In this document: positions 21,327-31,687 of the stretch, one piece after another
Numbering within the stretch: the stretch's first letter is position 1
How the letters are laid out: each line of letters begins with the position of its first letter
IMG/VR virus record: IMGVR_UViG_3300034101_001322
Coordinates: 30,530-94,529 of that record
From: a virus
Direction: 5' to 3' (one strand)
Length of the DNA stretch: 64,000 nt
Made by a program: the position numbers and the translations under genes
The notes under the pieces: model-generated
What the model was told of the DNA's origin: nothing
Seen by the model: only the letters and a program-made list of their open reading frames with translations
The model's database searches: none

Positions 21327-21814
21327 TAAAAGGAAACAAAAAGATTTGGTTTCTTAATGGAGATTTAGTTAGACTGTATCACAGTTCACGCTCTACTGGA
21401 ATGGTAACTGTCTATAACATTAATAAAGATAGAATTGAAACATGCTTAAGGTCTGATTTTAGAAAAAATAGACAAAGAGCCTATACTATTGCTGAGACTG
21501 CTAAATTAGTTAATCGTCATAGAAAGTATATGCCAAGTCTAATTAAACGAGGAGTTATCCCTAAGCCAGTTGGATCTAGCATTGATGGCAAAACTGGTTT
21601 TCAAATTAGGGCTTATTACTCAGAAGATCACGTTAGGGAGATACGTGCTATACTTGCAAGTATACATATTGGTCAACCAAGAAAAGACAAATTAATAACA
21701 AATAATATGACTCCTACAAGTCAAGAATTGACAAGACGCATGGGAGACGGTATACTTACATATACGAAGACAGAAGATGGAAGGTTTATTCCAACTTGGT
21801 CTGAAAGCATTTAA
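21272..21814 (+). CDS. MerR/excisionase-like HTH DNA-binding protein
   Basis: YTIAETAKLVNRH...GVIPKP...RAYYSEDHV. Confidence 0.6.
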   Translation: MDTAKGKIQSEQYNNESVIKGNKKIWFLNGDLVRLYHSSRSTGMVTVYNINKDRIETCLRSDFRKNRQRAYTIAETAKLVNRHRKYMPSLIKRGVIPKPVGSSIDGKTGFQIRAYYSEDHVREIRAILASIHIGQPRKDKLITNNMTPTSQELTRRMGDGILTYTKTEDGRFIPTWSESI

Positions 21815-21833
21815 ACTATGAAATGGGTGGGTA

Positions 21834-22067
21834 ATGGAAAATAGCAATTACGTAGTAACAAACGAACCAACAAAGATTAATGTAACACTAGGATATACGC
21901 TTAACCTTGGTAACTTTCAATCACTTAGACTCGATCTAGGCGTTGTAGATAGCAAGCGTGATGGAGAAACCACAGCAGACGCTTTTGAGCGTGTCTATAA
22001 GTTTGTAGAAGACAAACTAACAGAAAAGATTCAAGAAGCACAATCAGAGGCTGCTGAAAAAGAATAA
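21834..22067 (+). CDS. Hypothetical protein
   Basis: YTLNLGNFQSLRLD; tightly packed in the operon. Confidence 0.6.
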   Translation: MENSNYVVTNEPTKINVTLGYTLNLGNFQSLRLDLGVVDSKRDGETTADAFERVYKFVEDKLTEKIQEAQSEAAEKE

Positions 22068-22375
22068 TGGCTGAACGCAAAGACCGAATGGCTTTGCTTA
22101 GTAGGTACAGTAAGTTCCATACAGCAAAGTATGAGCAAAAGCCATCTTTAAATTTAAATGTTGAGCAGTGGGCTTCCGATGCACTCATAGAGTCATACGG
22201 AATCAGCAAGTGCTATGACATATTGGAATATTACTTTAGCGTAGCACAAGATCCAAGTTGGAACTACTTTGCATACAATGCAGAAAAAATTCTAAATGGT
22301 AAAATTGAAGTAGATAAAGATAATGAAGAACGAATTGAGCGCAGACGATTAGCAAGGAAGTGGCTAAGTGAATAA
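22067..22375 (+). CDS. Hypothetical protein upstream of the helicase (possible loader/initiator)
   Basis: Overlaps the dnaB start; function inferred from position only. Confidence 0.45.
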   Translation: MAERKDRMALLSRYSKFHTAKYEQKPSLNLNVEQWASDALIESYGISKCYDILEYYFSVAQDPSWNYFAYNAEKILNGKIEVDKDNEERIERRRLARKWLSE

Positions 22376-23591
22376 TACAGAGGCAAGAGTTATATCAGCA
22401 TTACTTGAAGATAAGCAGATGCATGTTTTACTGCAGGCAAATGTAGATAATCTTCTTAGAACTCATAATGATATCTGGAATTTTATTCGTTTATACTTTG
22501 AAAACAATGGAAGCGTACCACCTGTATCTCTTGTTGTTGAAAAGTTTAGAGACTTTCAACCAGTTGCTGGTATTGGTGCTACTAAGCACCACCTAGAAGA
22601 ACTTCAGACAGAGTACTTAAACGATAGCCTTAAAGATATTCTACGATCTGCAGCAGGTGAAGTACAAGGCGGTGAAGGTTCAAAGGCATTAGAAGAACTA
22701 ATTACAAAAACATCAGAGTTAAAAAAGAATACTTCTGCTATCCGTGACATTGATGCTACAGACTTAGAGTCTGCACTTGCATATTATGAAAATGTACAAA
22801 AGCAAAAAGAAACTGGTCAGATTGGCATTAAAACAAATCTTCCAGGGTTTGACAATTACCTGCCTTCTGGCATTATGCCTGGGCAACTTGGAGTATTCCT
22901 AGCCTATCCTGGTATTGGTAAGTCTTGGATGGCTCTATACTTTGCAGTACAGGCATGGAAGCAAGGTAAGTCCCCATTAATCATTAGTCTTGAAATGTCT
23001 GAAACAGAAGTTCGTAACCGTGTATTTGCAATTATGGGTGAAGGTGTTTGGTCACACAGAAAGTTGAGTAACGGAGAAGTAGAACTTGATATGCTAAAGA
23101 ATTGGCATAAAAATAAAGTTGAAGGAAAGCCAGAGTTTCATATTATCTCAAACGATAATGGTGGAGAGGTTACTCCATCTGTTATTCGTGGAAAAATCGA
23201 TCAATACAAGCCAGACTTTATTGTTGTAGACTACCTACAACTTATGAGTCCAAATCAAAAGTCAGACAATGAAACGGTACGAATGAAGAACCTTTCACGA
23301 GAACTTAAACTTATGGCTATTAGCGAAGAAGTGCCCATCATTGCTATCTCTTCTGCTACACCAGACGATGTTAAGGACCTTAGTAGTGCGCCAACGCTGG
23401 GTCAAACATCTTGGTCTAGACAGATTGCTTACGATGCAGATTGGGTTATGGCTCTTGGTCGTGCTACCAACAGTGATATTATTGAGTGTGTCTTTAGAAA
23501 GAATCGTAATGGTTTTATGGGTGATTTCTTAGTACAGGTAGATTTTGATAAAGGTTATTACAGATATAAGGATTACGAAGACGGTAAATAA
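22368..23591 (+). CDS. dnaB: Replicative DNA helicase, DnaB family
   Basis: Walker A AYPGIGKS, SLEMS, VVDYLQLM, KNRNG. Confidence 0.95.
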   Translation: MNNTEARVISALLEDKQMHVLLQANVDNLLRTHNDIWNFIRLYFENNGSVPPVSLVVEKFRDFQPVAGIGATKHHLEELQTEYLNDSLKDILRSAAGEVQGGEGSKALEELITKTSELKKNTSAIRDIDATDLESALAYYENVQKQKETGQIGIKTNLPGFDNYLPSGIMPGQLGVFLAYPGIGKSWMALYFAVQAWKQGKSPLIISLEMSETEVRNRVFAIMGEGVWSHRKLSNGEVELDMLKNWHKNKVEGKPEFHIISNDNGGEVTPSVIRGKIDQYKPDFIVVDYLQLMSPNQKSDNETVRMKNLSRELKLMAISEEVPIIAISSATPDDVKDLSSAPTLGQTSWSRQIAYDADWVMALGRATNSDIIECVFRKNRNGFMGDFLVQVDFDKGYYRYKDYEDGK

Positions 23592-23592
23592 A

Positions 23593-24513
23593 ATGACAGA
23601 CATATATACAGAAGATCAAATTAGACGAGTCCTAAACGGAATTGGTGTAGATGTTGAGGCAGAGTTTGGTAACGAGTTAATTGTATACTGTCCATACCAC
23701 AACAATAGTAGAACTCCAGCAGGAGAAGTATCAAAAGAGCATGGTAGATTCTTTTGTTTTGGATGCCAGGTTACTAAAAGCCTAGAAGAGTTTGTAATGA
23801 CATCTTCAAACAGAACATACTTTGAGGCTGTTAGATATATTAAAAGTAAAGGTCAAGAGACTGATCTAACTAGTGTTATAAATAAAACATTGTATTCACC
23901 TCCAGACTTTGTTCAGTATGATGAACTACTGATTAAAAGATTAAACAATCAGGCTATGGAGTCACCTAGAGCAGTAAGATACTTTGAAGGTAGAAAGATC
24001 ACAAAAGAATCTATGACAAAGTTTTCTCTTGGCTACTCAGAAAAACAAGACTCTGTTACTGTTCCAATGCACAACCATGATGGAATGTGCTTGGGTTTTG
24101 TTGCTAGAACTATTGAAGGTAAAGAGTTTAAGAACACACCAGGACTTCCAAAGAGTAAGATCCTGTTTAACCTTAACAGAATAAAAACATCAAGTACGGT
24201 CTATGTAGTAGAATCGTCTTTTGATGTTATAAGGTTGGACCAAGTAGGTTTCCCAGCAGTTGCAACTCTGGGTGCTAATGTGTCTGTATCACAGATCAGA
24301 CTATTAGAAAAGTACTTCAATAATGTTGTGCTTATAGCAGACAATGATGAAGCAGGAGTTATTATGACAGACAAGTTAATTGAAAAACTTGGCTCAAGAG
24401 TAACTGTTATTCATCTAGATAAAAAATACAAAGACATCGGAGATATGGATGATGAGTCAATAAGAAAACTTGAGTTTCAGTTTGACAATTCTATATCTGC
24501 TATGCTAAAATAA
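23593..24513 (+). CDS. dnaG: DNA primase (CHC2 zinc finger + TOPRIM)
   Basis: CPYH...CFGC, VVESSFD, ADNDEAG, KDIGD. Confidence 0.92.
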   Translation: MTDIYTEDQIRRVLNGIGVDVEAEFGNELIVYCPYHNNSRTPAGEVSKEHGRFFCFGCQVTKSLEEFVMTSSNRTYFEAVRYIKSKGQETDLTSVINKTLYSPPDFVQYDELLIKRLNNQAMESPRAVRYFEGRKITKESMTKFSLGYSEKQDSVTVPMHNHDGMCLGFVARTIEGKEFKNTPGLPKSKILFNLNRIKTSSTVYVVESSFDVIRLDQVGFPAVATLGANVSVSQIRLLEKYFNNVVLIADNDEAGVIMTDKLIEKLGSRVTVIHLDKKYKDIGDMDDESIRKLEFQFDNSISAMLK

Positions 24514-24537
24514 ATATAACAAACAAAGGAGAAACAT

Positions 24538-25194
24538 ATGAGCGTAGTAAAGGGACTCAAAAACATTAATGCCCTGCTCGACAAGCCAAAGTATGACGAA
24601 AACTCACCAAAGGTAAAGTGGCTAAAACTTGCCGATGGTCAATCAGTAAAAATTCGTTTCATTGAGGAACTAGATGAAGACTCTGCAAACTATAATGCAG
24701 AACGTGGTCTTGCTCTAGTTGTTAAGGAACACACAAACCCAAAGGACTATAAGCGTAAGGCTGTAGATACTATGGAGTCAGAAGGACGTGACTGGGCAGA
24801 AGAAATGCACCGCAAGGATCCAAAGGCAGGCTGGAGAGGTCGTCTTCGTTTCTATTGCAACGTTCTAGTAGACGATGGCATTGAAGCACCATACGTGGCT
24901 ATCTGGTCAATGGGTGTTAGCAAGCAATCTGCATTTAATACAATTCGTGAGTATGCTCTTGAAACAGGAAGCATATCTAACGTACTATGGAAAGTCAAGC
25001 GCAATGGTCAGGGAACTGAAACATCTTATACAATCATTCCAGGTTCACCAGACAAAGAACCATTTGATTGGGCAGAGATTAAGCCATATCCTCTTGAGTT
25101 AGCATTGAAGAATATTCCATATGCTGAACAAGAAGCATTCTATTTGGGCTTTGATGGTCCATCAACTTCTTCTGCTACCAACATCGACTGGTAA
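24538..25194 (+). CDS. Single-stranded DNA-binding protein (gp32-like)
   Basis: WLKLADGQSVKIRF, KVKRNGQGTETSY, short tail ending IDW; lies between primase and polymerase; promoter TTGACA(24482)-18-TAAAAT. Confidence 0.7.
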   Translation: MSVVKGLKNINALLDKPKYDENSPKVKWLKLADGQSVKIRFIEELDEDSANYNAERGLALVVKEHTNPKDYKRKAVDTMESEGRDWAEEMHRKDPKAGWRGRLRFYCNVLVDDGIEAPYVAIWSMGVSKQSAFNTIREYALETGSISNVLWKVKRNGQGTETSYTIIPGSPDKEPFDWAEIKPYPLELALKNIPYAEQEAFYLGFDGPSTSSATNIDW

Positions 25195-25197
25195 TAG

Positions 25198-28100
25198 ATG
25201 AGTTACGTAGGCTTACACGTACACACACACTATTCATTATTTGATGGTGTTGCTACTCCAGAAGAATATGTAGACCGAGCAGTTGAACTTGGTATGCCAG
25301 CATTGGCTATCACAGATCACGGAACCTTATCTGGGCATCGGGAACTGTACCGCATTGCAAAAGCAAAAGGTGTAAAGCCTATTCTTGGCGTAGAAGGATA
25401 TTTTTGTGCTGATAGATTTGACAAGAGGGCAAAGGCAGAACGCACTGAGCCAACTGATATGGTCTATAACCACATTATCCTTCTCGCTAAGAACCAACTT
25501 GGTTTAGAGAATCTAAACAAGATTAATGAAATCGCTTGGACTGAAGGATATTTTAGTAAGCCACGCTTTGACTTTGAAGTTCTTGAAAAGTACAGCGAAG
25601 GAATTATTGTTTTATCTGGATGTCTAAGCGGTATCATTGCAAAAGCCTTAGAGCACGGAGAGTATGCTCAGGCAAAAAAGCACATTGAATGGTTTAAGAA
25701 AGTGTTTAAAGATGACTTCTATATGGAGTTAATGCCACACAATGGAGCAGAAGTTAATAAGCAACTAGCAGATCTTGCAGATGAGTTTAAGATTCAGACT
25801 GTTGTTACTCCAGATTGCCATCATGTTGATGAATCGCAAAAAGAAATTCAAGAGTTTAAACTTCTTATGAACTCACATGCTAAGGTTCAAAAAGATGTAA
25901 CATATGAAAAGTCAAAGAAGCAAGATGGAATGATGAAGCGTCTTGACTATCTCTATGGAGAAGATCGACAAATGTCGTTTAATAAGTTTGACATTCACCT
26001 ACTATCTTATGATGAGATGAAAGTTGCCATGGAATCGCAGGGGATAGTAAGAGAAGACATGTATGTCAACTCTATCTCTATTGCAGACAAGGTTGAGGAT
26101 TACGATATTAAAGATGGTCTAAACCTGCTACCAGTTCAGTATAAGAATCCAGACAAAGAGTTAAAGGCTCTTGCCCTTGAGGGTTTAAAGGCTAGAGGGT
26201 TTGACACAAACAAAGAATATTTAGACAGACTTGATGAAGAATTGCAGATTATTAAAGATAAATCATTTGGTCCATACTTTCTTGTTGTAAGTAACATGAT
26301 TTCTTGGGCAAAGAAAGAAGGCATCATGGTAGGTCCAGGTCGTGGATCTGCTGCTGGCTCTTTGGTTTGTTATACTCTTGGCATTACAGAGATTGACCCA
26401 ATCGAACATGGACTACTGTTCTTCCGTTTTATTAACCCAGATCGAAATGACTTTCCAGATATCGATACAGATATTCAAGATAACAGACGTGAAGAGGTCA
26501 AAGATTATCTTGTTAGACAGTATAGACACGTTGCATCTATTGCTACATTCTTACAGTTTAAAGATAAGGGAGTAGTTCGAGATGTTGCACGAGTACTAGA
26601 CATTCCGTTAACAGATGTTAACAAGGTACTTAAACTTGTAGATACTTGGGATGAATACTGTTCATCAAAGACAACTGCATGGTTTCGTGAAAAATATCCA
26701 GAGGTGGAAGTTTATGGAGACAGGTTGCGAGGAAGAATTCGTGGAACAGGAATCCATGCTGCTGGAGTTGTAACAAGTAAAGAGCCTATATTTAGGCATG
26801 CACCAATGGAGACACGCTCAAGCACTGGAAGCGATGACCGTATTCCAGTTGTTGCTGTAGACATGGAAGAAGCAGAAAGAATTGGTTTAATTAAGATTGA
26901 TGCACTTGGTCTTAAGACGCTAAGTGTTATTCAAGATACATTGCAGATGATTAAAGAGAATCACTTTAAGGATATTAAGTTACTTGATATTGATTTAAAA
27001 GATGCAAATGTTTATGAAATGCTTTCAAGTGGATACACAAAGGGTGTATTTCAGTGTGAAGCAACTCCATACACCAACCTTTTAGTTAAGATGGGTGTAA
27101 AGAATCTAAATGAATTAGCAGCATCAAATGCATTAGTTAGACCAGGCGCTATGAATACTATTGGTAAAGACTACATTGCACGTAAACATGGAAAACAGTC
27201 TGTATCATATACTCATCAGGTCATGAAGCAATTTACGGAGGATACTTATGGGTGTGTTTTATACCAGGAGCAAGTTATGCAAGCATGCGTATACCTTGGC
27301 GGTATGTCCATGTCGGAAGCAGATAAAGTTAGAAAAATCATTGGCAAGAAGAAGGATGCTAAAGAGTTTGACGTATTCAAAGACAAGTTCGTTAAGGGTG
27401 CTTCTGCCTATATTAGTCCCAATCAGGCTCTTGATCTATGGCATGACTTTGAAGCGCATGCGGGATACTCGTTCAACAAGTCTCATGCGGTTGCTTACTC
27501 TACGGTCTCGTATTGGACGGCGTGGTTAAAGTACCACTATCCTCTGGAGTTTATGTTTGCCCTTCTTAAGAATGAGAAGGATAAAGATGGTCGTACAGAG
27601 TATTTAATTGAGGCTAAGCGTATGGGTATTCCAATTAAGTTGCCACATATTAATGACTCTAGTGCTGACTTTAAGATTGAAGGTAAGGGTATTAGGTTTG
27701 GTCTAACTGCCATTAAGTATATTTCTGATAACATTGCTTCTAAATATATTGCTGCTCGTCCTTTTAAATCATATAAAGAGTTAGAAGAGTTTACATTTAC
27801 TAAAGGTAATGGAGTAAATAGTCGTGCACTGCAGGCTTTAAGAGTAATCGGTGCTGCAAATTTTCCAGATAATCCACGTAATGAGCAAGAGATTAAAGAA
27901 AATCTTTATGATTATTTAAATCTACCAGAGTTTAATATTACAGTTCCTTCACACTATCATGCTTTCATACAGGAGGTTTGTGATTTTGAGGAAAAGGGTT
28001 CTTACATTTTGATGGGTATGGTTAAAGCAATTAAGCGTGGCAAAGGCTGGTCAAGAGTAGAGGTTCTTGATAAAACTGGTAGTGTTGGCATATTTGACGA

Positions 28101-28473
28101 AGAGCAAACAACAATTGAGCCAGGTAAAACTTATTTACTTCTTGCAACAGATAACAGAATTGTTTCTGCTATTCCTATTGATGAGATTAAGGGATCTTCA
28201 AATGCACTGATTAAGTTTTTAAATTATAAGCAGTTGCCATTTACAGATGAAGAAATGTTTGTTGTTTCATTTAAGCCAAGAATTACAAAGACTGGAAAGA
28301 AAATGGCTTCTCTTACACTTGCAGACACAAGTAGAGATTTGCACCCAGTAACAGTATTCCCAACATCATTTGCACAAGCATATATGCATATTGAAGAGGG
28401 CAATGCTTACAAGTTTAAGTTTGGAAAGACAAAGGATGGAACAGTGATAATGGAGGAAGTAAATGTTCGATGA
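25198..28473 (+). CDS. dnaE: DNA polymerase III alpha subunit
   Basis: PHP motifs HVHTHYS and TDHG, GRGSAAGSLV, FPDIDTD, HAAGVV, KIDALGL, YSFNKSHA. Confidence 0.97.
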   Translation: MSYVGLHVHTHYSLFDGVATPEEYVDRAVELGMPALAITDHGTLSGHRELYRIAKAKGVKPILGVEGYFCADRFDKRAKAERTEPTDMVYNHIILLAKNQLGLENLNKINEIAWTEGYFSKPRFDFEVLEKYSEGIIVLSGCLSGIIAKALEHGEYAQAKKHIEWFKKVFKDDFYMELMPHNGAEVNKQLADLADEFKIQTVVTPDCHHVDESQKEIQEFKLLMNSHAKVQKDVTYEKSKKQDGMMKRLDYLYGEDRQMSFNKFDIHLLSYDEMKVAMESQGIVREDMYVNSISIADKVEDYDIKDGLNLLPVQYKNPDKELKALALEGLKARGFDTNKEYLDRLDEELQIIKDKSFGPYFLVVSNMISWAKKEGIMVGPGRGSAAGSLVCYTLGITEIDPIEHGLLFFRFINPDRNDFPDIDTDIQDNRREEVKDYLVRQYRHVASIATFLQFKDKGVVRDVARVLDIPLTDVNKVLKLVDTWDEYCSSKTTAWFREKYPEVEVYGDRLRGRIRGTGIHAAGVVTSKEPIFRHAPMETRSSTGSDDRIPVVAVDMEEAERIGLIKIDALGLKTLSVIQDTLQMIKENHFKDIKLLDIDLKDANVYEMLSSGYTKGVFQCEATPYTNLLVKMGVKNLNELAASNALVRPGAMNTIGKDYIARKHGKQSVSYTHQVMKQFTEDTYGCVLYQEQVMQACVYLGGMSMSEADKVRKIIGKKKDAKEFDVFKDKFVKGASAYISPNQALDLWHDFEAHAGYSFNKSHAVAYSTVSYWTAWLKYHYPLEFMFALLKNEKDKDGRTEYLIEAKRMGIPIKLPHINDSSADFKIEGKGIRFGLTAIKYISDNIASKYIAARPFKSYKELEEFTFTKGNGVNSRALQALRVIGAANFPDNPRNEQEIKENLYDYLNLPEFNITVPSHYHAFIQEVCDFEEKGSYILMGMVKAIKRGKGWSRVEVLDKTGSVGIFDEEQTTIEPGKTYLLLATDNRIVSAIPIDEIKGSSNALIKFLNYKQLPFTDEEMFVVSFKPRITKTGKKMASLTLADTSRDLHPVTVFPTSFAQAYMHIEEGNAYKFKFGKTKDGTVIMEEVNVR

Positions 28474-28780
28474 TCTAGCAATAACAATACACAAAAATGC
28501 AGTAGAAAAAGGCTTCTGGGACCGTACAGCAGATGAGATATTTGTTACAAAACAAATGATGATGATTGTCTCTGAGGTTGTTGAAGCCATGGAAGCACTT
28601 AGAAAAGACATGGATCCAAACCAGTTATCTGATGAGTTTGCTGACATTATCATTCGTACATTAGATCTGTACGCAGGCATGGTAGAAGCAGGGTACATGA
28701 CTAAATCTTTAGACGCAGCAATTAAAGAAAAGATAGAAAAGAACTCTAGTAGACCAAAGAAGCATGGAGTAAGATTCTAA
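28463..28780 (+). CDS. MazG-like nucleotide pyrophosphohydrolase
   Basis: SEVVEAMEA...DEFADIIIR. Confidence 0.85.
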   Translation: MFDDLAITIHKNAVEKGFWDRTADEIFVTKQMMMIVSEVVEAMEALRKDMDPNQLSDEFADIIIRTLDLYAGMVEAGYMTKSLDAAIKEKIEKNSSRPKKHGVRF

Positions 28781-29796
28781 TGGCTGTAACAATGGAAGAA
28801 GTATTAGCACAACTTAACCCTAAGTTGCGTAAGACTATTATGATTGGGGACTCGGTTCCTCCAACAGAGTATGCTGAAACGCCTAGTTTTGGTTTAAACC
28901 GTGCCCTAGCAGGAGGACTCCCTTACGGTAGACAAGTACTCATTTGGGGTTCAAAGTCCTCTGCAAAGTCCTCTCTGTGCCTTCAGATGATAGGTCTAGC
29001 ACAGAAGGAAGGAAAGATCTGTGCATGGATTGATGCAGAAATGTCATATGATCCAAAGTGGGCAGAAAGACTTGGCGTTGATTCATCTAAGTTAATTTAC
29101 TCACAGGCTCGTACCATTAATGAAATGGTAGATGTAGGAACTAACCTTATTAATGCTGGAGTAGACATTGTTGTTGTTGACTCAATTACTTCATTGCTGC
29201 CAGCGATTTATTTTGAAAAGGATTCAGATGAACTTAAGCAACTTGAAAATACAAAACAAATTGGTGCAGAGTCTCGTGACTTTTCTAATGCTTGGAAGAT
29301 GATTAATTATGCTAATAATAAGGTTAAGCCAACGCTATTTGTTCTTATTAGTCAAAGCCGTAACAATATTAATGCTATGTATACTAGCCAGCAGCCTACT
29401 GGTGGTCAGGCTACTAAGTTCTATTCTTCTACTGTTATTAAACTTTTTTCATCCGAGTCGGATAATCAAGCCATTAAAGGCAAGATAAAAATTGGTGACA
29501 AGTTGATTGAAGAAAAGGTTGGCAGAAAGATTCGTTGGGAATTGCAGTTCTCCAAGACATCTCCAGGATTCCAATCAGGAGAGTATGACTTCTACTTTAG
29601 AGGTGACGATATTGGCATTGACTCTATTGGCGATCTTGTAGATACAGCAGAAGCATCTGGTCTTGTTAATAGAACTGGTGCTTGGTATCAACTAGATGAT
29701 GGAACAAAGGTTCAGGGTAGAGATGGTTTTATTTCTCGTGTTAGAGAAGATCTCACATTACAAGAAGAACTTAAGAATAAGTTAATCAATGGCTAA
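28780..29796 (+). CDS. recA: RecA-family recombinase
   Basis: GGLPYGR, GSKSSAKS, WIDAE, VVVDSI, TGGQATKFYSS, GAWY. Confidence 0.93.
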   Translation: MAVTMEEVLAQLNPKLRKTIMIGDSVPPTEYAETPSFGLNRALAGGLPYGRQVLIWGSKSSAKSSLCLQMIGLAQKEGKICAWIDAEMSYDPKWAERLGVDSSKLIYSQARTINEMVDVGTNLINAGVDIVVVDSITSLLPAIYFEKDSDELKQLENTKQIGAESRDFSNAWKMINYANNKVKPTLFVLISQSRNNINAMYTSQQPTGGQATKFYSSTVIKLFSSESDNQAIKGKIKIGDKLIEEKVGRKIRWELQFSKTSPGFQSGEYDFYFRGDDIGIDSIGDLVDTAEASGLVNRTGAWYQLDDGTKVQGRDGFISRVREDLTLQEELKNKLING

Positions 29797-29971
29797 AGAG
29801 TTTACAGTCTATCCTGGAAAGTTTCCATGTAAAAAGTGTGGCGCTGAGGTAACATCTTTAAGGTATTGGGGCGAAAGCGGAGATGCAACTTGGATGTGTG
29901 AAAACAAACATGTTTCTAAGGTCAACTTAATACCACCAAAGAAAAAGAAAAAGGACTTTGCCAATGAGTGA
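29789..29971 (+). CDS. Small zinc-binding protein
   Basis: CKKC...CENKH. Confidence 0.55.
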   Translation: MAKEFTVYPGKFPCKKCGAEVTSLRYWGESGDATWMCENKHVSKVNLIPPKKKKKDFANE

Positions 29972-30248
29972 AAGAGGAGAGTCTAAAAGAATTGGTGCCA
30001 AGCAGCACAAGAATTCTGGTAGAAATAATACTAAGGGAGATGCATCTTGGCATAACTTTGTCTTAGATTTTAAAGAGTGCTCTAAATCCTTTACTCTTAA
30101 TCAAGACGTATGGGCTAAGGCAGTTACAGATGCACTCAAGAAGAGTATGGATCCAGCCTTAGTTATTGTGTTAGGCGAGGGGACAAAGAAGGTGCGTCTG
30201 GCTATTATAGAGTTAGAACTACTAGAACAGTTAATAGAAGGAGAATAA
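29964..30248 (+). CDS. Hjc-like PD-(D/E)xK Holliday junction resolvase
   Basis: E...SG...KGD...DFKE motif. Confidence 0.65.
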   Translation: MSERGESKRIGAKQHKNSGRNNTKGDASWHNFVLDFKECSKSFTLNQDVWAKAVTDALKKSMDPALVIVLGEGTKKVRLAIIELELLEQLIEGE

Positions 30249-30249
30249 A

Positions 30250-30561
30250 ATGACAGAAGGCACAGGACAGACAACGCTAGAGATGATTAATGGTTTGGCA
30301 GAAATTGCCGAGTTTATGGAAGATGAAGAACTCAATATAGCCTTAACAATGATTGCTAAGTTAATCATTAAACCAGACATTCCTGCCCCAGTAGCAAGCA
30401 TTGAGATTGTAAGACTTCAAGCAATTGCAGGAAAGTTAGCATTAAAGGCTACCTGGATGGCAAATGTTGATAAGAATAACAGAGCAAAGAAGAACATTTA
30501 CTACACGGCTGCAGAGGCAGTTAACAACTTGGTATCAGCACTTAAATACATAATGCGCTAA
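30250..30561 (+). CDS. Hypothetical protein
   Basis: SD GGAG; ORF tightly packed in the operon. Confidence 0.6.
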   Translation: MTEGTGQTTLEMINGLAEIAEFMEDEELNIALTMIAKLIIKPDIPAPVASIEIVRLQAIAGKLALKATWMANVDKNNRAKKNIYYTAAEAVNNLVSALKYIMR

Positions 30562-30591
30562 ACCTGCTATACTTATATAAAACAAGGGGAT

Positions 30592-31410
30592 ATGATGACG
30601 AAGAGTTTACTACAGCAAGTTATGCTTAAAAGTGTTTCGAAGAAGAGTACTATTATTGATGCAGATGCTTTGATCGAAAAGATCAAGTCTGGATATATCA
30701 TTAATCGTGGTCCTAAATTCCAGACAAAGAAGACGTTTGCTCCATCTACAATTGCCTATAGCCACGGAGAATGTCCACGCTATTGGTATTTGGCATTTGA
30801 TGGTGCTACATTTGAAGATAATGCAGATGCTTATGGTGCAGCAAATATGACTGCAGGCACATTATCACACGCACGAATTCAAGATGCAATGATGAATTCT
30901 GGAGTAGCAAAGATTTATCGTGATGATGATAATCAACCAACAACAGAGTTTAAAATTAGATATGACGATCCACCGATCTTTGGCTACGGCGATGCAATGC
31001 TTGAGTGGGAAGGCGAAGAGATTGTCGGAGAAATTAAGACAATGCTTAACGAAGGATTTGAGTATCGTAAGAACTCTATGAAGCCTAAGACTGGTCACCT
31101 GATTCAGTTACTTATTTATATGAAGATTCTTGGAAAAAAGAAGGGTGTTCTTATTTATGAAAACAAAAACAACCATGAGTTATTGGTTCTTCCAGTAGAG
31201 GTAGACGATAACTATCGTGAATGGATTGACAATGCTTTTGCTTGGATGCGTGAAGTACGCAAGGCTTGGGTAGATCGTACACTTCCAACCAAAAACTATC
31301 GTGCTAACTCAAAGATTTGCAAGACATGCCCTATTAAGGCAGCATGTGATGAAGCAGGTGCTGGAGTAGTTAAGATAAAATCCATGGAGGGGCTGATTGA
31401 AACTTTGTGA
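30592..31410 (+). CDS. Cas4-like/RecB-family exonuclease
   Basis: ECPRYWY, GTLSH, GYGD...GEIKT, QLLIY, C-terminal CKTCPIKAAC (Fe-S-type Cys). Confidence 0.85.
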   Translation: MMTKSLLQQVMLKSVSKKSTIIDADALIEKIKSGYIINRGPKFQTKKTFAPSTIAYSHGECPRYWYLAFDGATFEDNADAYGAANMTAGTLSHARIQDAMMNSGVAKIYRDDDNQPTTEFKIRYDDPPIFGYGDAMLEWEGEEIVGEIKTMLNEGFEYRKNSMKPKTGHLIQLLIYMKILGKKKGVLIYENKNNHELLVLPVEVDDNYREWIDNAFAWMREVRKAWVDRTLPTKNYRANSKICKTCPIKAACDEAGAGVVKIKSMEGLIETL

Positions 31411-31687
31411 CAGATGTGATATATACTTTGACCCTAAAGTAAGTTATCAAATTTATTGTAGCATTGAATGTAGAGATGCTGCAACAAAAGATAAGATTAC
31501 TGAAAGGTATCAGGTTACTCGTCGTCAAAAAAGAAAAGGCAAGGTTAGACGTTGTTTAGGTGGTTGTGATACACAACTATCGATCTACAATGATTCTGGA
31601 TTTTGCTCTAACTGCAACGTTAGTGAAAAAGCAGTTGCAAAAATGCTAAAAGAGTTGAAGGGATTTATTGAATATGAGCAAGAATAA
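31397..31687 (+). CDS. Zinc-finger protein
   Basis: CDRC..YCSIEC and CLGGC..CSNC. Confidence 0.6.
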   Translation: MKLCDRCDIYFDPKVSYQIYCSIECRDAATKDKITERYQVTRRQKRKGKVRRCLGGCDTQLSIYNDSGFCSNCNVSEKAVAKMLKELKGFIEYEQE

